Notes under the pieces: generated by a model
Told to the model about the DNA's origin: nothing
The model's input: the letters and a program-made list of their open reading frames with translations, nothing else
The model's database searches: none
Shown here: one piece after another, positions 50,901 to 60,199 of the stretch
How the letters are laid out: the number at the start of each line of letters is the position of its first letter
How positions within the stretch are numbered: position 1 is the first letter of the stretch
Translations under genes and position numbers: made by a program
Assembly: GCA_002269645.1 (NCBI GenBank)
Contig: NIVC01003293.1
Span: 1-64,000, forward strand
Origin: Macrostomum lignano
Lineage: Eukaryota
Length of the DNA: 64,000 nt
Direction: 5' to 3'

Positions 50901-53900
50901 AGGTCACTGGGAGTTGGTAGGTCACTGGGAGTTGGTAGGTCACTGGGAGTTGGTAGGTCATTGGGAGTTGGTAGGTCACTGGGAGTTGGTAGGTCACTGG
51001 GAGTTGGTAGGTCACTGGGAGTTGGTAGGTCACTGAGAAGTGGGAAGGTCATTGGGAGTTGGTAGGTCACTGGGAGTTGGTAGGTCACTGGGAGTTGGTA
51101 GGTCACTGGGAGTCGGTAGGTCACTGGGAGTTGGTAGGTCACTGGGAGTTGGTAGGTCACTGAGAAGTGGGAAGGTCATTGGGAGTTGGTAGGTCATTGG
51201 GAGTTGGTAGGTCCCTGGGAGTTGGTAGGTCACTGGGAGTTGGTAGGTCATTGGGAGTTGGTAGGTCATTGGGAGTTGGTAGGTCACTGGGAGTTGGTAG
51301 GTCACTGGGAGTTGGTAGGTCACTGGGAGTTGGTAGGTCACTGGGAGTTGGTAGGTCACTGGGAGTTGGTAGGTCACTGGGAGTTGGTAGGTCACTGGGA
51401 ATTGGTAGGTCACTGGGAGTTGGTAGGTCACTGGGAGTTTGTAGATCACTGGGAGTTGGTAGGTCACTGGGAGTTTGTAGGTCACTGAAGAGCTGACAAA
51501 GGATTGGTAGGTCACTGAAGATCTGACAAAGGATTGGTAGGTCACTGAAGATCTGACAAAGGATTGGTAGGTCACTGAAGATCTGACAAAGGATTGGTAG
51601 GTCACTGAAGATCTGACAAAGGATTGGTAGGTCACTGAAGATCTGACAAAGGATTTTTAGGTCACTGAAGATCTGATAAAGGATTGGTAGGTCACTGGAG
51701 AATAAAGCAGAAACTCACTTGCAATTGAGTCTGAACACCGGCTACAGAATTGGCGAGCTGTCGATCATTCAACAGCTCAATAGTCTGTTCAATCCATTTA
51801 ATCAAACTGGTTGACAATTGCTCATATTGTCCAATCAATTCGCTAATGTCTTGAGCCTGTTGCAGTACCCGACTTAATCGTTTAGCGGATACGGACTCAG
51901 ATTTTGCCTTGGAGAAGTAGTGATAATAAGTAACCACGTACGTCATTATCGATTTCTCGTCAGGCTGATCGACGTTCACATCTGGTCAAATTTTAGGATA
52001 AGGAGCGCTAAATTCAGGACAAGCGGCGCCAAGTTAAGGATAAGTGGCGCCAAATTCAGGATAACTGACGCTAAATTCAGGATAATTAGCGCCGAATTCA
52101 GGATTAGTGGCGCCAAATTCAGGATAATTAGCGCCAAATTCAGGATTAGTGGCGCCAAATTCAGGATAAGTGGCGCCAACTCTTGGATAATTGGCGCCAA
52201 GTTCAGGATAATTAGCGCCAATTTAGGATAATTAGCGCCAATTTAGGATAATTAGCGCCAAATTCAGGATTAGTGGCGCCAAATTCAGGATAATTAGCGC
52301 CAAATTCAGGATTAGGGGTGCCAAATTCAGGATAATTAGCGCCAAATTCAGGATTAGTGGCGCCAAATTCAGGATAATTAGCGCCAAATTCAGGATAATT
52401 AGCGCCAAATTCAGGATAATTAGCGCCAAATTCAGCACAATTAGCGCCAAATTCAGGATAATTAGCGCCAAATTAAGGATAATTAGCGCCAAATTCAGGC
52501 TAAGTGACGCTAGCAATATCAGACTAAAAAATAAGTTCAACAACTGTTCTAGCCGCTCACCTTCGGGATCCAGCAGCTGAGCAAGGCCGAGTTTCTCGTC
52601 GGCCACTTGAAACGCGTTAGTCAAATTAGCCATGGGCTCCGATTTGTTTAACGCATTGAAGTCTACCAGATCCGGCCTGTTAAATAGAAGAATTCACTCT
52701 CATTATACTCACTGGGAGGTGTACTTAAATAGTAACACATATTGGTTCGTCTCGAAGGCGCTTTTGACTGACTCTCATTCTATAAAAGTAAGTACTCGTA
52801 AGTCTCATCTAAACTGCGCAGATACTCTGTCTGCAGTTGCCAAGCTGGCAAATAGGCTAGCTAAATACGTAGATAAGGACTGGCTAAGGTTGAAAGAGCA
52901 CTGCCCTTGCTACAGTATTTGTACAAATAGCTTATGTACAGTAATCTTCTCTTTCTCATTGTAAAAATGTAAAAATGTGTAAGCTACTCATAGTAGCTTT
53001 TCTTTACTTAGAGAAATGTAAGTTATAATATTGGTTTTATTATTTTTAACTGATATAGTATAAAACTACTTTTTAAACTACTGTTAGTAGGCTATTCTTA
53101 GCTTTAGAATACGAGATGAAAATCTCATAATTTTTTTGTTAAAATCATGCTTTTGAAATTTTCTCTTAAACGGCCCAATAAAATATTTGTATCAACTACT
53201 TTTAGTAGTTTATTTACTCTATAGAATATGAGACATCTTGCAAAAGTTTTGTTAAAATGCTGGTTTTTAAATATTATCTTTAAAGTGATCGGGTAAATCA
53301 CTTGTGTAAACTACTAAAAGTAGTTTAATTTTAAATTTAAAAAATATTGAATAAAAGTATTGCAAAATTTAGGCAATTCTTTTATTTTTAGCTTATTTTA
53401 ACGGCGCAATAAAGTGGGTAAAAATTAATCTACAACTTCTGAAAACTTCAAAGCCTTCAAAACATGCTTTCTTAGAACTAAATGCTCACATCGACGATAA
53501 CGATAAGTTGGTTATTTAATAAAAAATTGATTTGAACTGGTGTTGCTATGCAGCAAAGCTAATATACCTGAGCCAATGAGCTAGCTAATTAAGCTACCTG
53601 CAGGTCTACCTAGGTGGTAATTCTAAACTTATGGTCAACTTTTCCAATCTCTCTTTCCCCTCTTCATTCTTTATTTATTTCTCACGCATTCACACGCCAC
53701 AGGGTGAGGGAACAGGTAGGCATTTTAGCTACAAAGCAAAGTCGCGCGAATGTTTTGCGTCTCAATTTCTAACCAAGAAAGGAAACACGAAGATCAAGTA
53801 TAGCTATTTTACTTTTTCCTGCCTTTTTTCTGGAATTAGAAGCTAGATCTCAGCGCTAACGCAAGTTTCCCTTGGTAGCATAAATAGCATAATGTATTCA

Positions 53901-56043
53901 CTTCAGGCCGGGATTCCAGTTGGCTAGAGTAAGTGTTTGATATTTTCCACTTTATATTTGGAGCGAAGCTTTAATTTCATGCAATTTTTTGGCAACTAGT
54001 GTCGATTTTGGTAACCATGTTGATGCCCATCCGGAGGGTCTTACGAAGACTCTCAAGTATCACCTTTGTGAGTCATTCGATAAACCGCTAATTCACAGCA
54101 TTGCCCTTAAATGAGTTCGTAGCTTAATTCTTCCACAATGCACTCATACAGTGGGCACATAAATCAACCTACAAGGAGCTCATACAGCACCCTACAATGA
54201 GCTCATACATACATCACCCTACAATGAGCTCATACATCACCCTACAATGAGCTCATACATCACCCTACAATGAGCTCATACAACACCCTACAATGAGCTC
54301 ATACATCACCCTACAATGAGCTCATACATCACCCTACAATGAGCTCATACATCACCCTACAATGAGCTCATACATCACCCTACAATGAGTTCATACATCA
54401 CCCTACAATGAGTTCATAAATCACCCTACAATGAGCTCATACATCACCCTACAATGAGCTCATACATCACCCTACAATGAGCTCACACATCACCCTACAA
54501 TGAGCTCATACAACACCCTACAATGAGCTCACACATCACCCTACAATGAGCTCATACATCACCCTACAATGAGCTCACACATCACCCTACAATGAGCTCA
54601 CACATCACCCTACAATGAGCTCATACATCACCCTACAATGAGCTCACACATCACCCTACAATGAGCTCATACATCACCCTACAATGAGCTCATACAACAC
54701 CCCATAAAACTTCAGCCAGCAGTCCCCGCTCACCTGTGCCTGTGAATGATGGCATTAAACGCCAGTCCGTCTTGCCAGCTGTTAGTAAAATTCCTCACAT
54801 TCACATTGGCATAGCCGGCAGTTTTCATCTGGCACCACAACAGCAGGGCGTCTTTAGCCTGCCGACTGTCCGACTGCGATGGAGCAACAAATTCTGCCAA
54901 CGTTGTCAACGTCACGGATCTGCACTCGTCCTCCGGTTGTTCTTGAACATCCTCTAGCACGCTTTGAATCTGGAACCGCAGTATAATAGTCCAGATCAGG
55001 CCCAGGGTCAGCCTGGCATTGCCATCAACAATGTCGTGCGCGCCGAGATTCTCCAGGTGAACGCATTGCTCAGTCAAGTAGCACAATGATTTATCAACAT
55101 TCTCCAGACAGTGAATTCGCATTCGACCGCGAGTTGGTCGAGGCAGTCGATCGCCGGTCAGCGACTCGAGTAGTTTGAGCAGTACCTGACAAGACAGTTG
55201 TATTTAGACAAGTTAATTTCAATTTCGGAAAGGAATTCTAGCGTAGGATGTTTTTCAGTACAGTATAACAAAATAATCAGAGACATAAATATATAGGGGC
55301 TTGTAGCCTAGAGGTCTAGAGAGCGTCGGGCTCACGACTGAAAGGTCGGGGGTTCGATTCTCGACCCGCTCGGAACAATTTATGTTTTTAAGCAAGACAC
55401 TTAACTCTGCATTGCTTCAGTTAAATGGGTGCCAGCATTAGCTGGGGTAATTGAAGGTGTGTGTGGCGAGCCCCCAGTCTTTGGACTGAACAGCCGTACG
55501 CAGCCTTCAGATGCGCCGCGCAATAGCTGCGGCTGAGCTGTCGGTTGCACATCTGGCCATCAGGGCAGGTGTAATCAATAATTGTATTATTATTATTATT
55601 ATTTATATAGTAACTAGTTTTATTGAACTATTGAGGTAAAATATCGCGTCAATTTCGCAACAACCTCTGATAAAACCTCTCATAAGCGCCAAGATCGATA
55701 CGAATAGAGTTGTTAAATGTAATATGGAAATGAATTACATTAAACCTACCTTTCCATCTCGCAATTCCAGATAGAGATCTTGAACATAAAAGTCAAACCG
55801 TGCAACATGAAGGTTGAGCCATTTAGTAAATGTCTTCTTTTGCACCGCTTCTCTCTCTTCAGCCAGAGCTTTAATACGCGACCGCTCGTACAGCTTAGCG
55901 CTCAGATTCTCCGTTTGAAGCTGATGGTAGGCCTGGTGCTCGGCTTCTTCGCTAAAATCGGCCGAAGCGAAGCCGGTATCGCGTGAGGCCAGAAGTTCCG
56001 GGTTCCAGTGGATGCTTCTGTAGTTGTCCTGTAGTTCTACCAT
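34888..56043 (-). CDS. beta-Spec: Conventional beta-spectrin (beta-G / SPTBN1-like), whole gene, 17 coding exons, about 2,395 aa
   Basis: [25 protein letters not shown] (CH1), [14 protein letters not shown] (CH2), 17 spectrin repeats collinear with vertebrate beta-II spectrin, C-terminal PH domain. Exons sum to 7,183 nt; adding 5 inferred 1-bp deletions gives 7,188 nt. Confidence 0.97.
35212..36020. repeat. About 10-bp TGTGTGTCCT-type degenerate array (spectrin intron 16)
   Basis: Source of the Cys/Val-rich spurious ORFs. Confidence 0.93.
36074..37440 (-). CDS. beta-Spec: beta-spectrin exon 16 (repeats 14-17, Pro-rich linker, start of PH)
   Basis: [13 protein letters not shown]...[14 protein letters not shown]...[23 protein letters not shown]; donor CT|gtgagt. 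Confidence 0.96.
37600..38265. repeat. 25-bp minisatellite (AGGATCCCATCAAGGATATCCTAGG)n (intron 15)
   Basis: Interrupted by an 83-bp exon copy at 37798-37880. Confidence 0.95.
38346..39194 (-). CDS. beta-Spec: beta-spectrin exon 15 (repeats 12-14)
   Basis: [15 protein letters not shown]...[13 protein letters not shown]...[27 protein letters not shown]; donor CTG|gtgggt. Confidence 0.93.
39300..39650. repeat. About 27-bp minisatellite (CAGGGAAATCCATTCAAAGGGAGATCC)n (intron 14)
   Basis: About 12 copies. Confidence 0.93.
39705..40127 (-). CDS. beta-Spec: beta-spectrin exon 14 (repeats 10-11)
   Basis: [35 protein letters not shown]...; donor CAG|gtaata. Confidence 0.92.
40228..40525. repeat. 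9/18-bp minisatellite GACACATTAGACACTT (intron 13)
   Basis: Degenerate tandem copies. Confidence 0.9.
40581..40695 (-). CDS. beta-Spec: beta-spectrin exon 13 (repeat 10); absent from the ORF track
   Basis: [39 protein letters not shown]; cgcag| and |gtgagt. Confidence 0.92.
40808..40984 (+). mobile_element. tRNA-like SINE, family B, in spectrin intron 12
   Basis: GGGTGCCGTAGCCCAGTGG...GGCTCGATTCC head; closely similar to 45100-45306. Confidence 0.75.
41075..41655. repeat. 34-bp minisatellite (GACGCCTAATGACACCCATTAGGGATTAGAGGTT)n (intron 12)
   Basis: About 16 copies; each has a 7-bp stem CCTAATG/CATTAGG. Confidence 0.95.
41786..42207 (-). CDS. beta-Spec: beta-spectrin exon 12 (repeats 9-10)
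   Basis: [18 protein letters not shown]...[13 protein letters not shown]; donor AG|gtgagt. Confidence 0.92.
42345..42680. repeat. 34-bp minisatellite (GCGGAGAGGCAGATTCAAGGACTGAGTGAGGAGA)n (intron 11)
   Basis: About 10 copies, starting a few bases after the donor. Confidence 0.96.
42695..43072 (-). CDS. beta-Spec: beta-spectrin exon 11 (repeats 8-9)
   Basis: [36 protein letters not shown]...[13 protein letters not shown]; donor TCT|gttagt. Confidence 0.94.
43081..44110. repeat. 25-bp minisatellite (GTACATTGGGTGAGGATTGGCCAGT)n (intron 10)
   Basis: About 41 copies, ending 8 nt from the acceptor. Confidence 0.97.
44337..44818 (-). CDS. beta-Spec: beta-spectrin exon 10 (repeats 6-8), with one apparent 1-bp deletion near 44800
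   Basis: LQSIEH[P][19 protein letters not shown]...[12 protein letters not shown]...[15 protein letters not shown]...[12 protein letters not shown]. Confidence 0.92.
45100..45306 (+). mobile_element. tRNA-like SINE, family B, in spectrin intron 9
   Basis: Same head and same 3' part (CAGTGAAGTGTACATGCCTAACGATAAATAAAGTTAGG) as 40808-40984, with an internal insertion of about 30 bp. Confidence 0.75.
46123..46632 (-). CDS. beta-Spec: beta-spectrin exon 9 (repeats 5-6)
   Basis: [18 protein letters not shown]...[15 protein letters not shown]; AAG acceptor; donor CGG|gtgagt. Confidence 0.92.
46690..46940. repeat. 28-bp minisatellite (CTGGGAGGCTGGCCCAGCAACTGACACT)n (intron 8)
   Basis: About 8 copies. 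Confidence 0.9.
46965..47381 (-). CDS. beta-Spec: beta-spectrin exon 8 (repeats 3-4), containing four apparent 1-bp deletions
   Basis: RPATRDEI[R][10 protein letters not shown]...[10 protein letters not shown]...[14 protein letters not shown]; homology is restored only after adding single bases near 47360, 47139, 47090 and 47062. Confidence 0.88.
47425..47938. repeat. (TCAA)n microsatellite (intron 7)
   Basis: Directly visible. Confidence 0.97.
47948..48162 (-). CDS. beta-Spec: beta-spectrin exon 7 (repeat 3); absent from the ORF track
   Basis: [42 protein letters not shown]; AAG acceptor, with an in-frame CAG alternative 27 nt upstream; donor AG|gtgagc. Confidence 0.9.
48188..49153. repeat. 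(CTAA)n grading into (CCAACTCACTAA)n (intron 6)
   Basis: Fills almost the whole intron and begins at the donor. Confidence 0.97.
49154..49315 (-). CDS. beta-Spec: beta-spectrin exon 6 (end of repeat 2); absent from the ORF track
   Basis: [54 protein letters not shown]; tacag| and |gtgagt. Confidence 0.93.
49690..49885. repeat. About 45-bp degenerate tandem repeat (intron 5)
   Basis: About 4 copies ([13 protein letters not shown] in translation). Confidence 0.8.
49979..50395 (-). CDS. beta-Spec: beta-spectrin exon 5 (repeats 1-2)
   Basis: [28 protein letters not shown]...[12 protein letters not shown]; donor GTG|gtaagt. Confidence 0.96.
50420..51700. repeat. 18-bp array (GGTCACTGGGAGTTGGTA)n followed by a 30-bp array (GGTCACTGAAGATCTGACAAAGGATTGGTA)n (intron 4)
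   Basis: Unit switch at about 51485. Confidence 0.97.
51719..51981 (-). CDS. beta-Spec: beta-spectrin exon 4 (end of CH2, start of repeat 1)
   Basis: [25 protein letters not shown]; donor CAA|gtgagt. Confidence 0.96.
51995..52505. repeat. 21-bp minisatellite (AGGATAATTAGCGCCAAATTC)n (intron 3)
   Basis: About 24 copies. Confidence 0.96.
52561..52676 (-). CDS. beta-Spec: beta-spectrin exon 3 (CH2)
   Basis: [39 protein letters not shown]; phases 2/1. Confidence 0.96.
54180..54702. repeat. 23-bp minisatellite (CATCACCCTACAATGAGCTCATA)n (intron 2)
   Basis: About 22 copies, starting about 30 nt after the donor. Confidence 0.97.
54734..55185 (-). CDS. beta-Spec: beta-spectrin exon 2 (CH1 to CH2)
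   Basis: gtcag|GTA ([30 protein letters not shown]); donor AG|gtgagc. Confidence 0.96.
55296..55600 (+). mobile_element. tRNA-derived SINE, family A, in spectrin intron 1
   Basis: A/B-box head (GGTTCGATTC), shared body GTGCCAGCATTAGCTGGGGTAATT...GGACTGAACAGC...GGTTGCACATCT...GGCAGGTGTAATCAA, (TAT)n tail. Confidence 0.82.
55750..56043 (-). CDS. beta-Spec: beta-spectrin coding exon 1 (N-terminus, start of CH1)
   Basis: ATG at 56043 (MVELQDNY); donor AAG|gtaggt; 5'-UTR acceptor at 56146. Confidence 0.92.
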
Positions 56044-57357
56044 TTTTTTAATATTCAGGAACTTGGTCGGGACTTGAGCAAGACTGTCTCCTAAATGAGA
56101 TTCCAAGCAGTTGCCTGATCAGCGAGGAACCCCAATGCTGCTAGGCTGAAAATAAAGAAGTATTTGAAAAAGATATAAGCTTGATTCCTAAAAACAGTCT
56201 GGGGTTTTTCTTTACATAACTAAAAATAATATATTTAATATTTGGATATGTTTATGAATAAAATAAAATGCTTTATACACAGAATTTTTCGAAACAACTA
56301 AGACAATTCAGAAATTACAAAGTATTTCATCATTTATTTAAAACATTAACAATGTTTTTAAAGCTATCAATTTAATTAAAACTGCAGTAAGCAATTGCTC
56401 AACACAATAACTGTATAGAAAATTACTACTTAAACATTATAATTTATTAAGAAATTACCTTTAAACAATTTAACTTATATTCACTGTCAAAAAGCAAACC
56501 AACAGATGCTATTAGGAATAGCTGGCACAAAATAATGACAAATCTATCTGCTTATTGTAATATCTTTTTACTTATATAGCTATTAGTGTTAACAACATTT
56601 TTACAATACTGGGATTACAAAAAATCATTTGAAATCGTTCGAATACTTTTGAATGGATTGTTAGGCTTTAAACTAAGGATTACTGTCCAAGTACAGAGTT
56701 AAACATGAGCTAAAACACTCGATCACTTAACAAGCTCAATATTAAATTGTATTTGCAGCTCAAAATCAACTGAATTACAACTAAAATGTAAACATCGCAT
56801 GAAAAATATATTTAGAAAGTCGGAAAAGTAAATTGAAAGCAGTAACTTGGCATTGTCAATGAAAATGCTGTGCAGCGGTCTCTTACTGGTCTCCACGATA
56901 ATTTTTAACCTTTTCAAGAAATACGTTACCTTTAAATCACCGCCACACGAAAATACAAGCTGTTAAATCACTTTTTTCGTTTTTTACGATTATTATTTTA
57001 TCAAAAGCGACTTCAAAATTTTTATTTATGATAGACGTGATCCTAAAAACGGCAAAAACAGTTACAAAATCCTCTTTTTATATTATAGAAAAATAAACCA
57101 AGGACTTTGCTAGTCTAATTTTGTTGTAAATACTGTATCCTAATAACATTTTTCCCGGTAAAAGGCATAATAAAAGGCTTCATTGTAAAAGGCATGAATA
57201 TCGGCTGTTTTATTAGGAGCTAGCCATTACTTAAGTTTCTGCTAATCCACCGACTAAAAACTTATATTACAACAATGCACAAAGGCTATCCAGCAGTTCA
57301 GAAACTCGCATGATTGCATTATAAATGTAGATTTCTGGGGCTTTGTACGTTGGTTAC

Positions 57358-58921
57358 TAGGGGTGTTCGGGGTTAGGTCGGGGTTCGGGGTCGGGATTAG
57401 GGGTCGGGGTTCGGGGTCCCGATGAATGTTCGGGATGGGGTTCGCGTTCCCGATAAATTTTCGGGATCGGGGTTCGGGACGGGATTTTGGACCGGGATTT
57501 CGGGGTTTTCGGGGTTTCGCAAATTTTCTGAATTCCCATAGAACTACGAAAAAATCCTTATGAATTAGAATGTCGTCCGCTATGGTCTGCGGCAATTTCT
57601 TTCTTCTGATGTTGACGGCGTCGATCGATCCATTCGGAGGCGTCTTATGGAGCAGCTGAACAAGCTACACATTTGAGTGCAAAGACTTCAACATCTTGTT
57701 CTACAAGACCGCTGCTTTTCTAGACAATACCATCGCCGCATCGCCTCATCTAAACCTGGGTGACATGGTGGACATCCAAAACCATCTCAAGAGTGAGGTC
57801 ATCTGGAGCCTTGAGCAAGAGCTTTCTGGACAAGATGGCGCTGCTGCTGCCAGCAGCGCAAATACAATGGCCGCTACCGAGGAGATGCACGATAATGTCA
57901 TTTCGGGTACTGAAGAGAGCTCTGGATGCAAGTTTTTGCAGTTCTGCAGATTATCTGGAATTACCACTCAGGAGTGCAATGCGACTGCGAGTGCATCGAA
58001 CTCCGGCGCCAGAGGAGACGCGAGGAAGAAGGAAGCGAGGCGCAGAGCAGCTGATCAGCTTTCTCTGTACAGGAGTCTGGCGCAGCAGAATTTTCAGGTA
58101 GCAGTCAGCGAATTCTGGAAGCAGAACTCCGCTAATCTTCCAGAGCTGGCAGAGCTCGCTAAGCTTCACCTCACCAGCTGATCGCTCAGCAAGTTAATGT
58201 TCTTGCGAGACAAATTCGATTAGCTGTATGCCATATTCGTTGAGCCAGAGACTGTAAAGTGACTCGCGTTCTATTCTATTATCACTTGGTAGTCTGATCA
58301 TTTTGATTAGATGACATGAGAATTCAGACTATTTTAGTGTTTACTAGCGTCAACGTGCATCGATGGCAATGCCACCAAAGACTAAGTAAACGAGATTAAG
58401 AAAAAGAGAGATTGATTCTTGATTGATAAGATAGCTTCTATCTCTGCAGAGAAAGAGGCACATGATGTTTCACACATCAAACACAGCAAAATTGTTGCTC
58501 AATGAACACAACCGTTGAGTTCTTAAGTTCGTTAGTTCGTATTTCGTATTCGTAATCGATGGAATTGAATAATATACTGAATAAATAGTGGTTTTCGAAC
58601 CTTGAGTTCACTATTTGATTCACTATTGGAAAAAGAAAACAAAAGAAATGCAACCTGCCTTAAATTAATTTCACATTAATTTTAAGTTGAACTGAAACAG
58701 GCTAATAGTCGTAAGTAGCCGTCATTGCCCGTCAATACCACTTTTTATTTCATGCTATTGCTTACTTCAGCGTTATCGGGGTTCGGGGTCGGGATTAGGG
58801 TTCGGGACGGGGTTCGGGGTTCCCGATAAATGTTCGGGACGGGGTTCGGGATTCCCGAAAGATATTTTCGGGATCGGGGTTAACCCCGAACCCCGAAAAA
58901 ATGCCATCCCAAACACCCCTA
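57358..58921 (+). mobile_element. Internally deleted hAT-superfamily DNA transposon (1,564 bp)
   Basis: TIRs TAGGGGTGTTCGGGGT / TAGGGGTGTTTGGGAT (14/16 match); subterminal CGGGGT/CGGGAT arrays; transposase remnant YKTAAFLD...EFWKQNSANLPELAELAKLHL (hAT C-terminal dimerisation region); flanking direct repeat GTTAC. Confidence 0.85.
57690..58181 (+). pseudogene. hAT transposase C-terminal remnant
   Basis: Lacks the N-terminal and catalytic core, and stops before the SxxxER motif. Confidence 0.75.
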
Positions 58922-60199
58922 GTTACTACCAACACAATTCAGATGTCGAACTGTTGATGTAACAATATATTGCAAGTTTTTTGCTTCTCGTTTACGACTT
59001 AAATGAATTATAATCATCACACTGCCTGGGCAAATTGGCAAGCAAACGACCTGCTGGCAAATTATCCCTAAATTCTACCCCAAACACTTTTTCACGGACA
59101 ACTTACGTAGTAGTTCGTGCACTTTTCTATTTTTGCGATGTAAAATTTATATGTACGAGAGTAAATATGTCGTACGCGTACATCATAAAACAAATTAAAA
59201 TCTGTTAAATGCAATTCTTAACTGTACAGCTACTCAAGCTACATAAAAGTTCCCTGCAATTATGATCTTTCAACTACAATCTGCTACTCGTACATGTTAG
59301 TTATGGTTAGGTTTAAAAAAACTTATTTTAATTTTATCTGCTTAGATGCGGCACAGGGATTTAAAAAGCATTCAAATATCATTAAATAATTTCGCAGGTT
59401 AGTGAGTCGAGCGAGCAAGGTAAATATAATTCCATAATTATTATTCGTCATGGGACGCCAGAATATCTCAATTAGATTGCTGTCACTGTTGCTCGCTGCG
59501 TTATACACGACTCAAACAGCTAACCCGCCCACGCACAATAAAATTGCAGCCATTCATCTCGTCTGAAAGAGAGCAAGAGAGAAGTGCTTTTGCCTCTTTT
59601 TTGTGCAATTGCTTCAATTAAATGGGCGCCGCCCACATATGCCTGCTCTAGTTTTTTTGACTAATTTTTCCACCAACACAAGCGTAGCAAGAGCCGAAGA
59701 GCACCAACAACTTTTTCAGCGGCGGAATGGTTTCATCAATTAAAAAGAAAAGCCAAAATTTAAGCAATAATGATGTATGAATTGCCTGCACAGTTCCCAT
59801 AGATTCAAATTTCATAGGTTGAAAATTTGCTTGCTTTAAAAGTTCAAAATTTATCCCATCTCTAACACTGGATCAGACCATCCGCAGCCTAGAGGAAAGC
59901 CAATTAATTTTTTGACGTACTGATGGCATTGGTGGGCGCGGTGGTGTGATCCCATAGTCGATAGATCCTGCCTTTTTATCCACCCACGCTAACGCTCGAT
60001 CTACATGTACGAGTATATTGCTATAGCAACAGCGGCCCCGCCCACGCGGAAATATTTCTGCCAAATAATTTAAACTGCTTTAAATTACATTTAAGCTAAT
60101 AGTTCATATTATATAGCTAATAAAAATTGATTATTTGCTGTATATTGAAAAACTATCCCTGAGTTTTATATCTACACCCTCCACTATCCTTCGATCTAT

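Noticed and set aside
55296-55375. tRNA gene
   Set aside because: The cloverleaf is imperfect and the head is followed by a body shared with 20861-21054, so it is a SINE.
41100-58900. Telomeric-like TTAGGG/GGGGTT motifs (41100-41650, 57366-57520, 58775-58895)
   Set aside because: Isolated motifs within a minisatellite unit or hAT subterminal repeats, not (TTAGGG)n tracts.
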